This document shows positions 37,203 through 51,595 of a stretch of DNA of 64,000 nucleotides, piece by piece. Positions within the stretch are counted from its first letter, which is position 1. Each line of letters begins with the position of its first letter. The DNA lies in NCBI GenBank assembly GCA_903860135.1, contig CAIOPG010000017.1, positions 75,364 to 139,363 of the forward strand. The letters are read 5' to 3'. The translations under genes and the position numbers were made by a program. This DNA comes from Candidatus Omnitrophota bacterium. GTDB taxonomy: Bacteria > Omnitrophota > Gorgyraeia > Zapsychrales > Fredricksoniimonadaceae. Under the pieces are notes generated by a model, which saw only the letters and a program-made list of their open reading frames with translations, did no database searches and was not told the origin of the DNA.

Positions 37203-37934
37203 TCAACCCACCAACGTTCCGATATTTTCACCAAGAACAGCCTTCTTGATGTTGCCTTCGTGCATCAGGTTGAACACATGGATCGGGAGTTCATTATCCA
37301 TGCACATGCTGATCGCGGTAGAATCCATGACTTTCAGATTTTGCTTGAGCACATCCATGAATTTCAGGCGATCATATTTCTTGGCCGCAGGATCTTTCAT
37401 CGGATCGGCCGAATATATCCCGTCGACCTTGGTCGCTTTCATGATAACCTCGGCCTTGATCTCGCTGGCCCTCAGCGCGGCGGCTGTATCCGTCGTAAAG
37501 AAAGGATTGCCTGTGCCCGCAACAAAGATGACAATACGGCCTTTTTCCAAATGACGCACAGCCCGGCGAACAATATACGGCTCGGCAACAGCATGCATTT
37601 CAATGGCTGTCATGACCCGGCAAGCAAGGCCAAGCTGTTCGAGCGCATTCTGCAACGCGAGGCCGTTGAGCACCGTCGCCAGCATCCCCATGTAATCTGC
37701 CACAGAACGGTCAAGGCCAAAACGCTTCGATTCAAACTGGCCGCGAAAAATATTTCCAGCCCCCACCACCAGAGCCACCTGAACACCCAAGGTATGCACT
37801 TCCTTGATCTGCGCCGCAAACCCGGCGCAAACATCCGCATCAATGCCATGCCCCTGCTTGCCCTGAAGGGCTTCGCCGCTGAGCTTGAGCAAAATTCTTT
37901 TATAAACAGGTTTTTTGTTTGGCAAAACGCCCAC
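37203..37934 (-). CDS. pyrH: UMP kinase
   Basis: [29 protein letters not shown]. Confidence 0.97.
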   Translation of the reverse strand: MGVLPNKKPVYKRILLKLSGEALQGKQGHGIDADVCAGFAAQIKEVHTLGVQVALVVGAGNIFRGQFESKRFGLDRSVADYMGMLATVLNGLALQNALEQLGLACRVMTAIEMHAVAEPYIVRRAVRHLEKGRIVIFVAGTGNPFFTTDTAAALRASEIKAEVIMKATKVDGIYSADPMKDPAAKKYDRLKFMDVLKQNLKVMDSTAISMCMDNELPIHVFNLMHEGNIKKAVLGENIGTLVG

Positions 37935-37946
37935 CTATATTAATGA

Positions 37947-38453
37947 TCATTCACCGATCTTGTAACGCGTGAATCGACCGATCAGGATATTTTCACCTGT
38001 CTTGGCAATAAGTTCGTTCAAAAGATCCTGAATGCTCTTCGATGAATCCTTAACAAAAGGCTGTTCGAGCAGGCAAACAGCCGACAACTCAACACCGCCT
38101 TCTAAAACAGCCGCCGGCACATCCTCTTTCTTGATGTACTTGGGTGCCATGGCCGCAATGTGCATGGCGATATCCCTGGAAAACTGGACGAAGAAATCAT
38201 TGCGCGCCACAAAATCCGTTTCACAATTAACCTCAACGAGAACGCCGATCCTGTTTCCGTTGTGCACATAGGCCTCGACACGGCCTTCATTGGCCGCACG
38301 TGACGCTTTCTTGAGGGCCATCTGGAGCCCTTTCTCACGCAATATATCCTTGGCTTTGGCAATATTCCCGCCAGCCTGCTCCAGCGCCTTCTTGCAATCT
38401 ATAATACCGCAATTAGTCAGTTCACGTAATTCTTTAATGGCATCGAGCGACAT
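37947..38453 (-). CDS. tsf: Elongation factor Ts (short form)
   Basis: [29 protein letters not shown]. Confidence 0.95.
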   Translation of the reverse strand: MSLDAIKELRELTNCGIIDCKKALEQAGGNIAKAKDILREKGLQMALKKASRAANEGRVEAYVHNGNRIGVLVEVNCETDFVARNDFFVQFSRDIAMHIAAMAPKYIKKEDVPAAVLEGGVELSAVCLLEQPFVKDSSKSIQDLLNELIAKTGENILIGRFTRYKIGE

Positions 38454-38459
38454 GATGTA

Positions 38460-39359
38460 TTACTCCTTTTCCGCAACAGTCTTCTTGACAACCTTCTTCT
38501 TGGTCGCTTCCTTGGCGCGTTCGACCTTTTCATCGTATTCCACAAGGCCTTCAACCAGGCTTTCCACAATAACCTGGGGAACAACGCCCTCGGCCACAGC
38601 CAACGGAACGGCCGTTTCGACCACCGCTACTTCAACCGCTGCAACTTCTGGCAAAGGAGCTTTTTCTTCGCCGGAAAACTCTTTGCGGCCTTCGATGATA
38701 CTATCGGTCACCAGCCCCGCGATCAAGCGGATAGACTTCACCGCATCATCGTTGGCCGGAATGGGGCAATCGATCATATCCGGATCGCTATTGGTATCGA
38801 TCATGGCAATGATCGGGATGTTAAGCCTTCGGCATTCCTTGACCGCGATATCTTCCTTCTTGACGTCAACAAGAAAAATGGCATCGGGAAGGCGAACCAT
38901 ATCACGGATACCGCCAAGGTCGTTCATCAGGCGCCCACGCTCCTTGTTGAGCAGCGCGATCTCTTTCTTGGTGAGGCGGTCAAAAACGCCGTCTTTTTCC
39001 ATGCGCTCAATATCCAGAAGCTTGCGGATGGATTTCTTGACAGTTTCAAAGTTAGTAAGCAGGCCACCCATCCAGCGGCTGTTCACGTAAAACATACCCG
39101 AACGCTGAGCCTCCTGGAGAACAACTTCCTGGGCCTGTTTCTTGGTACCTACAAATAAAAAACGCCCGCCTTTCGCCGAAATGTTACGCGCGAATTCCCG
39201 GGCCTGTGTGAGGCAATCAACCGTCTTCTCGAGATCAATAACGTAAATGCCACTGCGCTCGCCAAAAATGTACTTCTTCATCTTGGGATTCCACCGGCGC
39301 GTCTGGTGGCCGAAATGAACACCCGCATCAAGTAACTGCCTGATCAACTCCATCGCCAT
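38460..39359 (-). CDS. rpsB: 30S ribosomal protein S2
   Basis: AGVHFGHQTRRWNPKM, RWMGGLLTN, IPANDD. Confidence 0.97.
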   Translation of the reverse strand: MAMELIRQLLDAGVHFGHQTRRWNPKMKKYIFGERSGIYVIDLEKTVDCLTQAREFARNISAKGGRFLFVGTKKQAQEVVLQEAQRSGMFYVNSRWMGGLLTNFETVKKSIRKLLDIERMEKDGVFDRLTKKEIALLNKERGRLMNDLGGIRDMVRLPDAIFLVDVKKEDIAVKECRRLNIPIIAMIDTNSDPDMIDCPIPANDDAVKSIRLIAGLVTDSIIEGRKEFSGEEKAPLPEVAAVEVAVVETAVPLAVAEGVVPQVIVESLVEGLVEYDEKVERAKEATKKKVVKKTVAEKE

Positions 39360-39361
39360 AC

Positions 39362-39485
39362 ATGCTCCTTTTATTACTGCTCCGTCGTGTAAAGATCAGA
39401 AGTGAAGACGGAAACGATTTGCCCCGGAGTTACCCCCGGTTGAAGCCTGCGGCCATTTCACTTCATTCCAAGCCGCACACCCCGT
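39362..39485 (-). promoter_or_regulatory. Probable structured rpsB leader (S2 autoregulation)
   Basis: GGGTGTGCGGC...GCCGCA and CCGGGG...CTCCGG stems upstream of rpsB; inferred from position. Confidence 0.35.
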
Positions 39486-39645
39486 TAGTAAAATTTAATT
39501 GCCCGTTAGTATATCCAAAGGTAAAAAGGAATGCAACCATTTCTTTTTCAGATTTTGCAATAGACTATTTCTTTACGATTACCCAAAAGTCTGGTATAAC
39601 GTATTCCTGAGTTCCACGCTAATTGTTCGCTTTGATATTATTTCT

Positions 39646-39729
39646 GGAGAGGTGGCAGAGTGGCCGAATGCGGCGGTCTTGAAAACCGTTGACCCAAAAG
39701 GTCCGTGAGTTCGAATCTCACCTTCTCCG
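39646..39729 (+). tRNA. tRNA-Ser(TGA)
   Basis: GGAGAGG acceptor; GCGGT-CTTGAAA-ACCGT anticodon arm; long variable arm. Confidence 0.95.
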
Positions 39730-39737
39730 TTTTTTCT

Positions 39738-42700
39738 TTACCCTTTGGCCGATTGTTTATCAGCCGGATTTGCCTCTAGCCCGAGCAAAAGCAAGGGATT
39801 GGCGATCGGGACAATGTTCAGGATAACCCCCTCGACCCCCGTAAAATCCCAACGCTTGAACTCCGCCACCATCGCCGGATCAAACGTCATCTCCACGCCC
39901 CGCCCGTCTTTGGTAACGTCCATATCCATCTTCTTGGCGTTTAAGTCAATACCACCCTGTCGCTTAACAACCGGCGGAGCGTTCTGTCCGCTATCCGCTA
40001 CATGAGCCCATTCTTTAATGGTTGCAATATCATCTACCGTATCCGGTCCCATAGCTGCCTTAATGCCATCAGGAAACGTTGTTCGATTTTTGCTATTTAT
40101 ACCACTTGCCACCGTAATGGGAACTGTAGGATATTCCTCATTAATCCTTGTTATCAATGCCAACGCTTCGTTTGTATTATCTGCTCCACCCTTAACCATT
40201 GGTTTTAATTTCAACGCATCTGAGCCGTTAGCTGTGGCCAGTTTAACCTCCCCCGAAACATCCTGAGCAAGCATATTAATGCCGGCAACTACAACAATGT
40301 CTTTCCCATCGTTACTCGCCGCTTGACGTGCTGCACTTATTTCATCTTTTTCCAAAACTGTGTTTGCTATTAAAACATCGGCCCCTGCGTTCACAGCCTC
40401 CACCAAACCTCCCGATTTAACCGTTTGCGCCAGAAACGCATTCGGATACAAACTTCTTGCTAAGCGCATACTTTTGGCATTTGGCAATTCTGGAATTAAG
40501 CCTGCCTCAATCGTGGCCTTGAGGCCTGCGGCCATTTTATTGGGTTTTTTGGCATAAATATCATGCAGGCCAAGAACATCTCCACCCTGAATGAACTTAC
40601 GCACAGCAGGTGCTTTTGATACCTGCAAACCCAAATCCGCAAATATACGAATTACTACTTTTTTACTATTATATAAAAAGATTCTAGCATTTTCTCCAAG
40701 AAGAACGTTAAGTACTAAACCATCGCCCTCCTGCGAAACACTGACTGTATCACCAATTCGAGGATGCACAGGGTATTCATTCCCATACTCATGTGCCCAC
40801 TTGTTATTGGTAGCGTTATCTTGCGTCTCAGCATCCATTAACTCCTCCACAGAATATTCTTGCTCTTTTGACTCCAATAAAATTTTTTGTGTAGCTACAG
40901 CCAAATTTTTCATCTTTTGTGAAACTTCAGCCAAATTAGCTCCTTTATTCATTAATAAAGACAATCGGACTCCCGCCTTTGTAGTAGTCGAACCTTCAAA
41001 CCAGTCATTACCCCGATAATTAATCACGTCATAGACAAATTTAATGCCCATCATTTTGGACATCGTTTTCAATAAAGGAATAGCGACCTCGTATTGGCGA
41101 TTTTCTGACTTATACAACTCTAAATATTTTCGTGAAAAGAAACCAGAACGCTGCACAGGAAATTGATCGAGTGCTGAAATAATCACTCCCAAAGCACCAT
41201 AAACTTCCTCGCCAGAAAACTTTCCAATGAGGGAGGTAATGCTCTTTTTTTTAAGTAGTGCTATTTGTTCATCAGAAAGAGCCTCTCCCGCACCTTTCGC
41301 CGCCGGGTCGATTGTCCCTGTGGAAAGGGTATTACTGACTTCTTCCAAATTAATATACCTAGGAAATGTTTCATTCGTTAATTTGAAATCTATAGTTTTA
41401 CCATTAATCAGTGGCATTTCCTTTAGATCAATATATTTCTTTCCCGCTGGAAAGTTATCTCCCAACAAATCGCGACCATCTCTGGCTACAAGCTTCCCAT
41501 CTGGCGTCGCCATATAAAGACTCAACCCGCGATTACTACGCCCACCTGTAGTTTCAACGATGAACAACCCGTTAAAATATATAATTTCAAAAACTTTTCC
41601 GCCCCCCTCGATATCGAAAGAATGGAAATCACGCTCGCGATAAGATTTCCAATACAATCTTTTGCCCTTTGGATCAACTTTTACAGACATGTTGTCTTTA
41701 TATGCAAAATTAATCTGTATTTCTTTTCCAAAATCATCCTTGCCAAACTCGATCGGTACATACGTTTGATTATCGTTAATATTTATTAACGAACCCTGTT
41801 CTTCCGCCATCTTCGTTGAATTATCCCTTACTTCCGCCGCCGCGTCGACGTATGCTATAAGTACATCTGTAATCGATCTCAGCGCATTTTTTAGACTTGA
41901 TAAATCATCTATATTAAAATTTCTTGTTAAATCAGGTAAATATCTACGAATGGTAGTAACAACAGGATTCATTGTATCCTGAAAACGATCTTTAATATCT
42001 TTTTTAATAAAAAGGGCGTTTAATGAATTAAGTTCCGTTATATCTTGATTTAACGTTTGTAATTTAGTTATTAGTCCTGGCGCAGTAGGATTGATATTCA
42101 CATTCATCGGTGGATGTTCAAAAAAATGTATGAAATTCCGAATCTTAGTTTGCATTCTTCGAAGTATTCTTATGCCAGCAAGCACCTCTTTTTCATTCAC
42201 CGCCGCGTCGGTTACCTTTTGAGAATTGTTAACATTATTTTCTCTCTTGAAGGCAACACTAACACTACCCGATGTTGATTGAGCATTCGAAATCAAAGTC
42301 CGTTCTTCCCCAGTTACATCCCTATTCGCATGTACAACCTCGGCATTTTCAGGACGAACATTCAGCCCACCCGAAAAATACTTCCGGGGCAAGGGGTCGC
42401 GGGTTAGGGCGTCCACATCTTCCTTGATATAGTTGAACACGCCTTTCTTGTAGGCCTGCAGGTACTGGTCGTATATCTTGGTCGACACGGCCGGGTCATC
42501 GGAGAGGACGCCGCTGGTTTTATCTTTATTGCTGTAGACCTGATTCAAGAGGGCATCTTTCAAGGCGAGCTTGTACCAGGAGGCGAGGATCATCGAATAG
42601 AACATCTGGCGCAACAAAGCGAAGTTCTGGCCTTCATTGACTTCTTTTTCGATCTCGGGAATCACAATGTCGCGGATGACTTGCTTGGCGAGTTCCTGCG

Positions 42701-43433
42701 TCCCCCTCCCATCCCCTCCCCGCGCTGAGGCGGGGGCGGGTGCGATATCCGAAACGGCATCGCCAGTGCGCACGCCGGCAAGCTGTGCGGCCTGATAGTC
42801 GGATTCGAGCATGACTTTCAGGTGCGCGCCGACGACATAGGCGATATTGTTGCGTTCGAAGATCTTTGACTTCTCGGAGGTGATCCAGACTTTATTGAAC
42901 GTATCAACCGGGATATCCGTTGTGCCAAATTGCTCCTTGGCCTTGGTGTAGATCCGGTTCCAGAACGCCTTGCCCAGGTCCTTCTCGGGATATATAAGGG
43001 AAGCGGTCAACTGCTTGAGGATATAATCCTGCGCCAGCATGTCGCGCCCCATCTCGGTCTTGCCGAGTTCCTGCGGGATGATGCGGTCTTTTTCGTAGGG
43101 ACTCAAATTAACCCAAAGATCCTCTTCCTTGATCGTCAGCGACGCCAGGAAATACTTGATCAGCTTCTGCGCTTCAACCTTAAACGCCGGGTCATCGATC
43201 TTGAGGTCTTTCCTGCCGCTATCAACTATAAAGTCAAATAACAGCGGGTTCTCCGGATGCACCCTGACCCCCTTCATCAAGACCGGCATAAACGCCGGCG
43301 TCAACCCCACCATCGTGCCCGGCACCGGCAAGTTCAGCGTCTGCGCATAGGCCCTGGGCGGGATCACGGTAGTTGCCAGAAAACTGACCAGCACCCAGGC
43401 TGACATCAGGCGAAAAGTTAATGTTTTTTTCAT
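39738..43433 (-). CDS. Secreted modular protein of the Omnitrophota conserved-N/C-terminus family (1231 aa)
   Basis: Signal peptide ending RAYAQ; N-domain PLLFDFIVDSG...LWVNLSPYEKDRII...LAQDYILKQLTASLIYPE; AT-rich middle; C-terminal GGIDLN motif. Confidence 0.8.
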   Translation of the reverse strand: MKKTLTFRLMSAWVLVSFLATTVIPPRAYAQTLNLPVPGTMVGLTPAFMPVLMKGVRVHPENPLLFDFIVDSGRKDLKIDDPAFKVEAQKLIKYFLASLTIKEEDLWVNLSPYEKDRIIPQELGKTEMGRDMLAQDYILKQLTASLIYPEKDLGKAFWNRIYTKAKEQFGTTDIPVDTFNKVWITSEKSKIFERNNIAYVVGAHLKVMLESDYQAAQLAGVRTGDAVSDIAPAPASARGGDGRGTQELAKQVIRDIVIPEIEKEVNEGQNFALLRQMFYSMILASWYKLALKDALLNQVYSNKDKTSGVLSDDPAVSTKIYDQYLQAYKKGVFNYIKEDVDALTRDPLPRKYFSGGLNVRPENAEVVHANRDVTGEERTLISNAQSTSGSVSVAFKRENNVNNSQKVTDAAVNEKEVLAGIRILRRMQTKIRNFIHFFEHPPMNVNINPTAPGLITKLQTLNQDITELNSLNALFIKKDIKDRFQDTMNPVVTTIRRYLPDLTRNFNIDDLSSLKNALRSITDVLIAYVDAAAEVRDNSTKMAEEQGSLININDNQTYVPIEFGKDDFGKEIQINFAYKDNMSVKVDPKGKRLYWKSYRERDFHSFDIEGGGKVFEIIYFNGLFIVETTGGRSNRGLSLYMATPDGKLVARDGRDLLGDNFPAGKKYIDLKEMPLINGKTIDFKLTNETFPRYINLEEVSNTLSTGTIDPAAKGAGEALSDEQIALLKKKSITSLIGKFSGEEVYGALGVIISALDQFPVQRSGFFSRKYLELYKSENRQYEVAIPLLKTMSKMMGIKFVYDVINYRGNDWFEGSTTTKAGVRLSLLMNKGANLAEVSQKMKNLAVATQKILLESKEQEYSVEELMDAETQDNATNNKWAHEYGNEYPVHPRIGDTVSVSQEGDGLVLNVLLGENARIFLYNSKKVVIRIFADLGLQVSKAPAVRKFIQGGDVLGLHDIYAKKPNKMAAGLKATIEAGLIPELPNAKSMRLARSLYPNAFLAQTVKSGGLVEAVNAGADVLIANTVLEKDEISAARQAASNDGKDIVVVAGINMLAQDVSGEVKLATANGSDALKLKPMVKGGADNTNEALALITRINEEYPTVPITVASGINSKNRTTFPDGIKAAMGPDTVDDIATIKEWAHVADSGQNAPPVVKRQGGIDLNAKKMDMDVTKDGRGVEMTFDPAMVAEFKRWDFTGVEGVILNIVPIANPLLLLGLEANPADKQSAKG

Positions 43434-43524
43434 AGACGCCCCCTTAGGCACTAAAACTATATTTAATGGAATAATGACAAAAGAAAGATAGCATATATTC
43501 TTGTAAAATGCAAAATTAAAACGC

Positions 43525-43560
43525 AAAAAATCCGCTTCAGTCTTGCGACCAAAGCGGATC
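43525..43560 (-). terminator. rrn terminator
   Basis: ATCCGCTT...AAGCGGAT stem plus T-tract on the minus strand after 5S. Confidence 0.75.
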
Positions 43561-43572
43561 AGTTGAAATAAA

Positions 43573-43687
43573 ACCGGTAACTATCTACTCTCCCACACCC
43601 AAAGGGTGAAGTACCATTGACCTTGAAGGGCTTAACTTCCGTATTCGGAATGGGAACGGGTGTTGCCCCTTCAGCAAAGCTACCGGA
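43573..43687 (-). rRNA. rrf: 5S rRNA
   Basis: Reverse complement contains CACCCGTTCCCATTCCGAATACGGAAGTTAAG and GTGGGAGAGTAG. Confidence 0.95.
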
Positions 43688-43749
43688 AAATATTTAACAA
43701 TTATGTAATGTAGGATAGAAATACAACGTCATCTGTAGATGAAAAATAA

Positions 43750-46700
<2,951 letters not shown>

Positions 46701-46821
46701 AAATATTGCGCAAACTACAGATTAAATTGTAGTTTTATCCTACATTACATAATTGTCAAAGAACAAGCCCCAATAAAAAATTGGGGCAAAATATCTTGCA
46801 ATCTTATTGCCATTCATGCTC

Positions 46822-46898
46822 TGGTGGAGCTGAGGAGGATTGAACTCCTGACCCCCTGCTTGCAAAGCAGGTGCTCTCCCAAACTGAGCTACAGCCCC
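46822..46898 (-). tRNA. tRNA-Ala(TGC)
   Basis: GGGGCTG acceptor, TGC anticodon, encoded CCA; in the ITS. Confidence 0.96.
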
Positions 46899-46938
46899 AA
46901 AAAGAAAAGAAAGAATAATGCTATTCTAAGTTTCTAAA

Positions 46939-47012
46939 TGGGCCCGAGTGGGATCGAACCACTGACCCTCGCCTTATCAAGACGATGCTCTAACCAGCTG
47001 AGCTACGGGCCC
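46939..47012 (-). tRNA. tRNA-Ile(GAT)
   Basis: TCGTC-TTGATAA-GGCGA anticodon arm; in the ITS. Confidence 0.95.
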
Positions 47013-47263
47013 GAAATGTGCTCGAGGTCAATGATTTAATCTCCGATCAGTCTTTACACCATGCACTGACCATTAATCAAAATATATGCTGTCCATCCCA
47101 TCATCACGATGGGATGGACAGACTGAAATATTTTAGCCAAGTCATTCCGGGAGAATTATCCCCTGAATGACACATGTTTTCTTTGGAAAAAACATGCTTG
47201 AATATTCTGCTTGTCTTTCGACAAACAATGTTTTTCCTACCGACATTCCTTCGAATGAAGAAT

Positions 47264-48811
<1,548 letters not shown>

Positions 48812-48852
48812 TGAACTTGGCTAAATAAAAAAAATACTAATGGGCAATAAGA

Positions 48853-49109
48853 TTGTCAAAGAACGATTGCTGCTCGAAAATCTCTTCTTCTGAGGTTTTC
48901 AATTGTAACAGGCAATAAAATTATGTCAAGAAGTTTTTTGCTTCTTTTAAAAATGTTTTCAGCAGTAATTACTTATTACGGCTTCGGGCATTTTTGTTTA
49001 TCTTCTGTAGAGCGATCCGATCCGGTAAAACTCTTGCTGCAGAACACTTGCAGTAAAACCACTGGAAACGAATGAAGAGAACTATACACTTCGGATTATA
49101 GAATGTCAA
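48853..49109 (-). promoter_or_regulatory. Tandem rrn promoters and boxA
   Basis: TTGACA-17-TATAGT (49109-49081); TTGACA-16-TACAAT with TG extension (48929-48902); boxA GTTCTTTGACAA (48864-48853, repeated in the ITS at 46764-46753). Confidence 0.75.
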
Positions 49110-49176
49110 GTAAAGAGTTTGTTTTTGTTATGATAAAATACATATCCCGTCGATGTAACGGCATTCACGCCCGAGA

Positions 49177-49587
49177 TTATTCTTTTTTAAAACGGGCCGC
49201 CAGAGCGGTAAAAAGGGCTTTCGCTACCGTTTTTTTGGCAAGCAAACTACGCGAAGACAGCTCCACAAGGATGCCTTCGCCGTGCAATGATTCCGACAAA
49301 AACACGCCCACCTCAGTCGTATCGACGCACCCGGGTATTTTCATCAAAACAACAAGCCCCCGGACACGATCTTTCGAAAAGATATAATACCCTTTCTCGC
49401 CCGCGACATTCATGATAGCGTCAAAACAGGCGTTGATCGCGCACGGATAGCTCTGATAGATCGCATCAACCCGCGCATCTTCCAGGGCTCTAACCGAAAC
49501 GCCAGCGACGCTGGCCGGCATATCCGACAACGCCGAACAGCCGGATAACCCAACAAGGCAACAAATCACAGTTAATGTTTTTATCAT
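49177..49587 (-). CDS. Hypothetical lipoprotein
   Basis: Lipobox LSGC after a hydrophobic stretch. Confidence 0.7.
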   Translation of the reverse strand: MIKTLTVICCLVGLSGCSALSDMPASVAGVSVRALEDARVDAIYQSYPCAINACFDAIMNVAGEKGYYIFSKDRVRGLVVLMKIPGCVDTTEVGVFLSESLHGEGILVELSSRSLLAKKTVAKALFTALAARFKKE

Positions 49588-49643
49588 AAGACCCGTATTA
49601 TATTAATGAAGAAACAAGCCCTTTAAAGACATCGCGCGTCAAT

Positions 49644-50459
49644 TTAACCCGCCCTCTGTTGATCCACAACCGACGTTAACGATGGTTGAGCGGCATTTTC
49701 ACGCAAACGCTCCAAACCAGCCGTATACGCACGCATCTTCGTCAATTCATTCTGTAAATACTCGTTTTTCTGTAGCTGAACGCTATTCACCGTCTCGAGC
49801 TCTTGGATCTTCTCCAAAGACGCCACTGCCTCTTGCTTCACAGGTGCGGCATCAGAAGCTGGCACTGCAAGCTCTTTAAACTTCGCATTATCTATTTGCA
49901 ACTGCTCCATCTCAATACTCATTATATGCATCTTGCGCAAACCGTCATCCCTGGAAGTCTCTAACGCACCCTGCAAAACACCCGCTGCTGACAAATCCGC
50001 CTTCAAACGACCAACCTCCGCTGTAAGCGATTCAATGGCTTCCATTTTTTGACTCAGTTCAACGGAGGACGACTCCATCTTCACCCTGAAGGACTCATTC
50101 TCCGCACGACAACGGATCAAGGCCGTGTCATCCGGTACAGCCGACAATTCATCCAGCTTGAGCCTTAAACCCTGATTCTCCCGTCTCAAATCAATCATTT
50201 CATTTGTCTCGGACTCTCCCCGCGACTGGCCCTGCATCTGTGCGAGCAAAAGCTCTTCTTTGAGCCGGCAAACCTGTTCCTGCAACACCACCCGTTCGCC
50301 TTTAGTTTCCTGGTCAGACGGCAAAGAACCTGAATCCACACCATGGGTAACCGGCTGTTGCGGCACAAGCAATGAATCATTTTTTAGCTCCGTCCAAAGC
50401 CAAAAACAAACCCCCATCGCCACGCAAAGAATCCCGATCAGAAGTATTAGCACAAACAT
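49644..50459 (-). CDS. Membrane-anchored coiled-coil protein
   Basis: N-terminal TM followed by heptad-rich E/L/Q sequence. Confidence 0.7.
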   Translation of the reverse strand: MFVLILLIGILCVAMGVCFWLWTELKNDSLLVPQQPVTHGVDSGSLPSDQETKGERVVLQEQVCRLKEELLLAQMQGQSRGESETNEMIDLRRENQGLRLKLDELSAVPDDTALIRCRAENESFRVKMESSSVELSQKMEAIESLTAEVGRLKADLSAAGVLQGALETSRDDGLRKMHIMSIEMEQLQIDNAKFKELAVPASDAAPVKQEAVASLEKIQELETVNSVQLQKNEYLQNELTKMRAYTAGLERLRENAAQPSLTSVVDQQRAG

Positions 50460-50466
50460 CCCCCTC

Positions 50467-51435
50467 TCATAAGTAGGATTTTTCCTTTAAATAGTGCGCA
50501 TAATCATGCACGGCCGCCTCGAGTGACGTAAACGGTCGATCATACCCGGCTTTTCGCAAACGCCCCATATCCGCCTCGGTAAAATACTGGTATTTATCAC
50601 GCAAAACTTCTGGCATGGGAACATACTCGATCTTCCCCGGAGATCCGACTGCCGCAAACAAGGCCGCGGCCACCGCGTTCCATGTACGGGCATGGCCCGT
50701 GCCAACATTGTAAATACCGTTAACTTTGGGATTGCCCATCAAATAAAAGACAACATCAACAACGTCTTTAACGTAAATGAAATCACGCATCTGTTCACCG
50801 TCAGAAAATCCGTCCCGGTGAGACTTAAAGAGCGTCATCTTATCTTCAGATACAACTTTGGCATACGCCTTGGCTATAACACTCTTCATATCCCCTTTAT
50901 GATATTCATTGGGGCCAAATACATTAAAGAATTTCAAGCCGACAACTTTATCATAAAGATTCTGATCAAGCACCCAGGTATCAAACATCTGCTTTGACTC
51001 ACCATAATAATTTAACGGACGACACTGGCGGATAAGCTCCGGGGCATCCGAATAGCCACCTTCACCACTGCCATAAGTGGCGGCAGAACTGGCATAGATC
51101 AGACGGGCATTCTTGCGCAATGACCAGCGGGCCATATGACACGAATATTCAAAATTATTCCGACGGTAATATTCACGATCCTGTCCGGTTGTTGACGAGC
51201 AGGCCCCCATATGCAAGACAGCCGTTATATGATCCCTGATCCCGTCAGAAAGCATGAGCTGAAGAAAATCACACTTGTCATAAAAAGCCTTATATTTCTT
51301 TCCGGCAAGATTACGCTGCTTGAGGCCGTCGGCATCCCAGCGGTCAACAACCAGAATATCCGCCACGCCACGTTTGTTCAGCTCGGCAATAAGACAACTC
51401 CCGATAAATCCCGCCCCACCAGTTACGACAATCAC
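50467..51435 (-). CDS. rfaD: ADP-L-glycero-D-manno-heptose 6-epimerase
   Basis: TGGAGFIGS, HMGACSST, YASSAATYG, FFNVFGPNEYHKG, YQYFTEA. Confidence 0.95.
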   Translation of the reverse strand: MIVVTGGAGFIGSCLIAELNKRGVADILVVDRWDADGLKQRNLAGKKYKAFYDKCDFLQLMLSDGIRDHITAVLHMGACSSTTGQDREYYRRNNFEYSCHMARWSLRKNARLIYASSAATYGSGEGGYSDAPELIRQCRPLNYYGESKQMFDTWVLDQNLYDKVVGLKFFNVFGPNEYHKGDMKSVIAKAYAKVVSEDKMTLFKSHRDGFSDGEQMRDFIYVKDVVDVVFYLMGNPKVNGIYNVGTGHARTWNAVAAALFAAVGSPGKIEYVPMPEVLRDKYQYFTEADMGRLRKAGYDRPFTSLEAAVHDYAHYLKEKSYL

Positions 51436-51595
51436 AGCATCAACCCCCTTCTTACCTGAACACTATAAATCCAATAACTTCCCTCCAACGGCACAACCTA
51501 TAGGCATACACCGCCTGATCCGCAGGATCATTCATAAGAAATGATAACATACCGCAAAGAACAGCTCAAGAATTTCACCCTCATTTAACCCGTGT

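Noticed and set aside
37947-38453. Very short EF-Ts as a pseudogene
   Set aside because: Short single-core EF-Ts forms are known; all motifs are intact
36091-39729. tRNAs lacking encoded CCA
   Set aside because: Common in many bacteria; CCA is added post-transcriptionally
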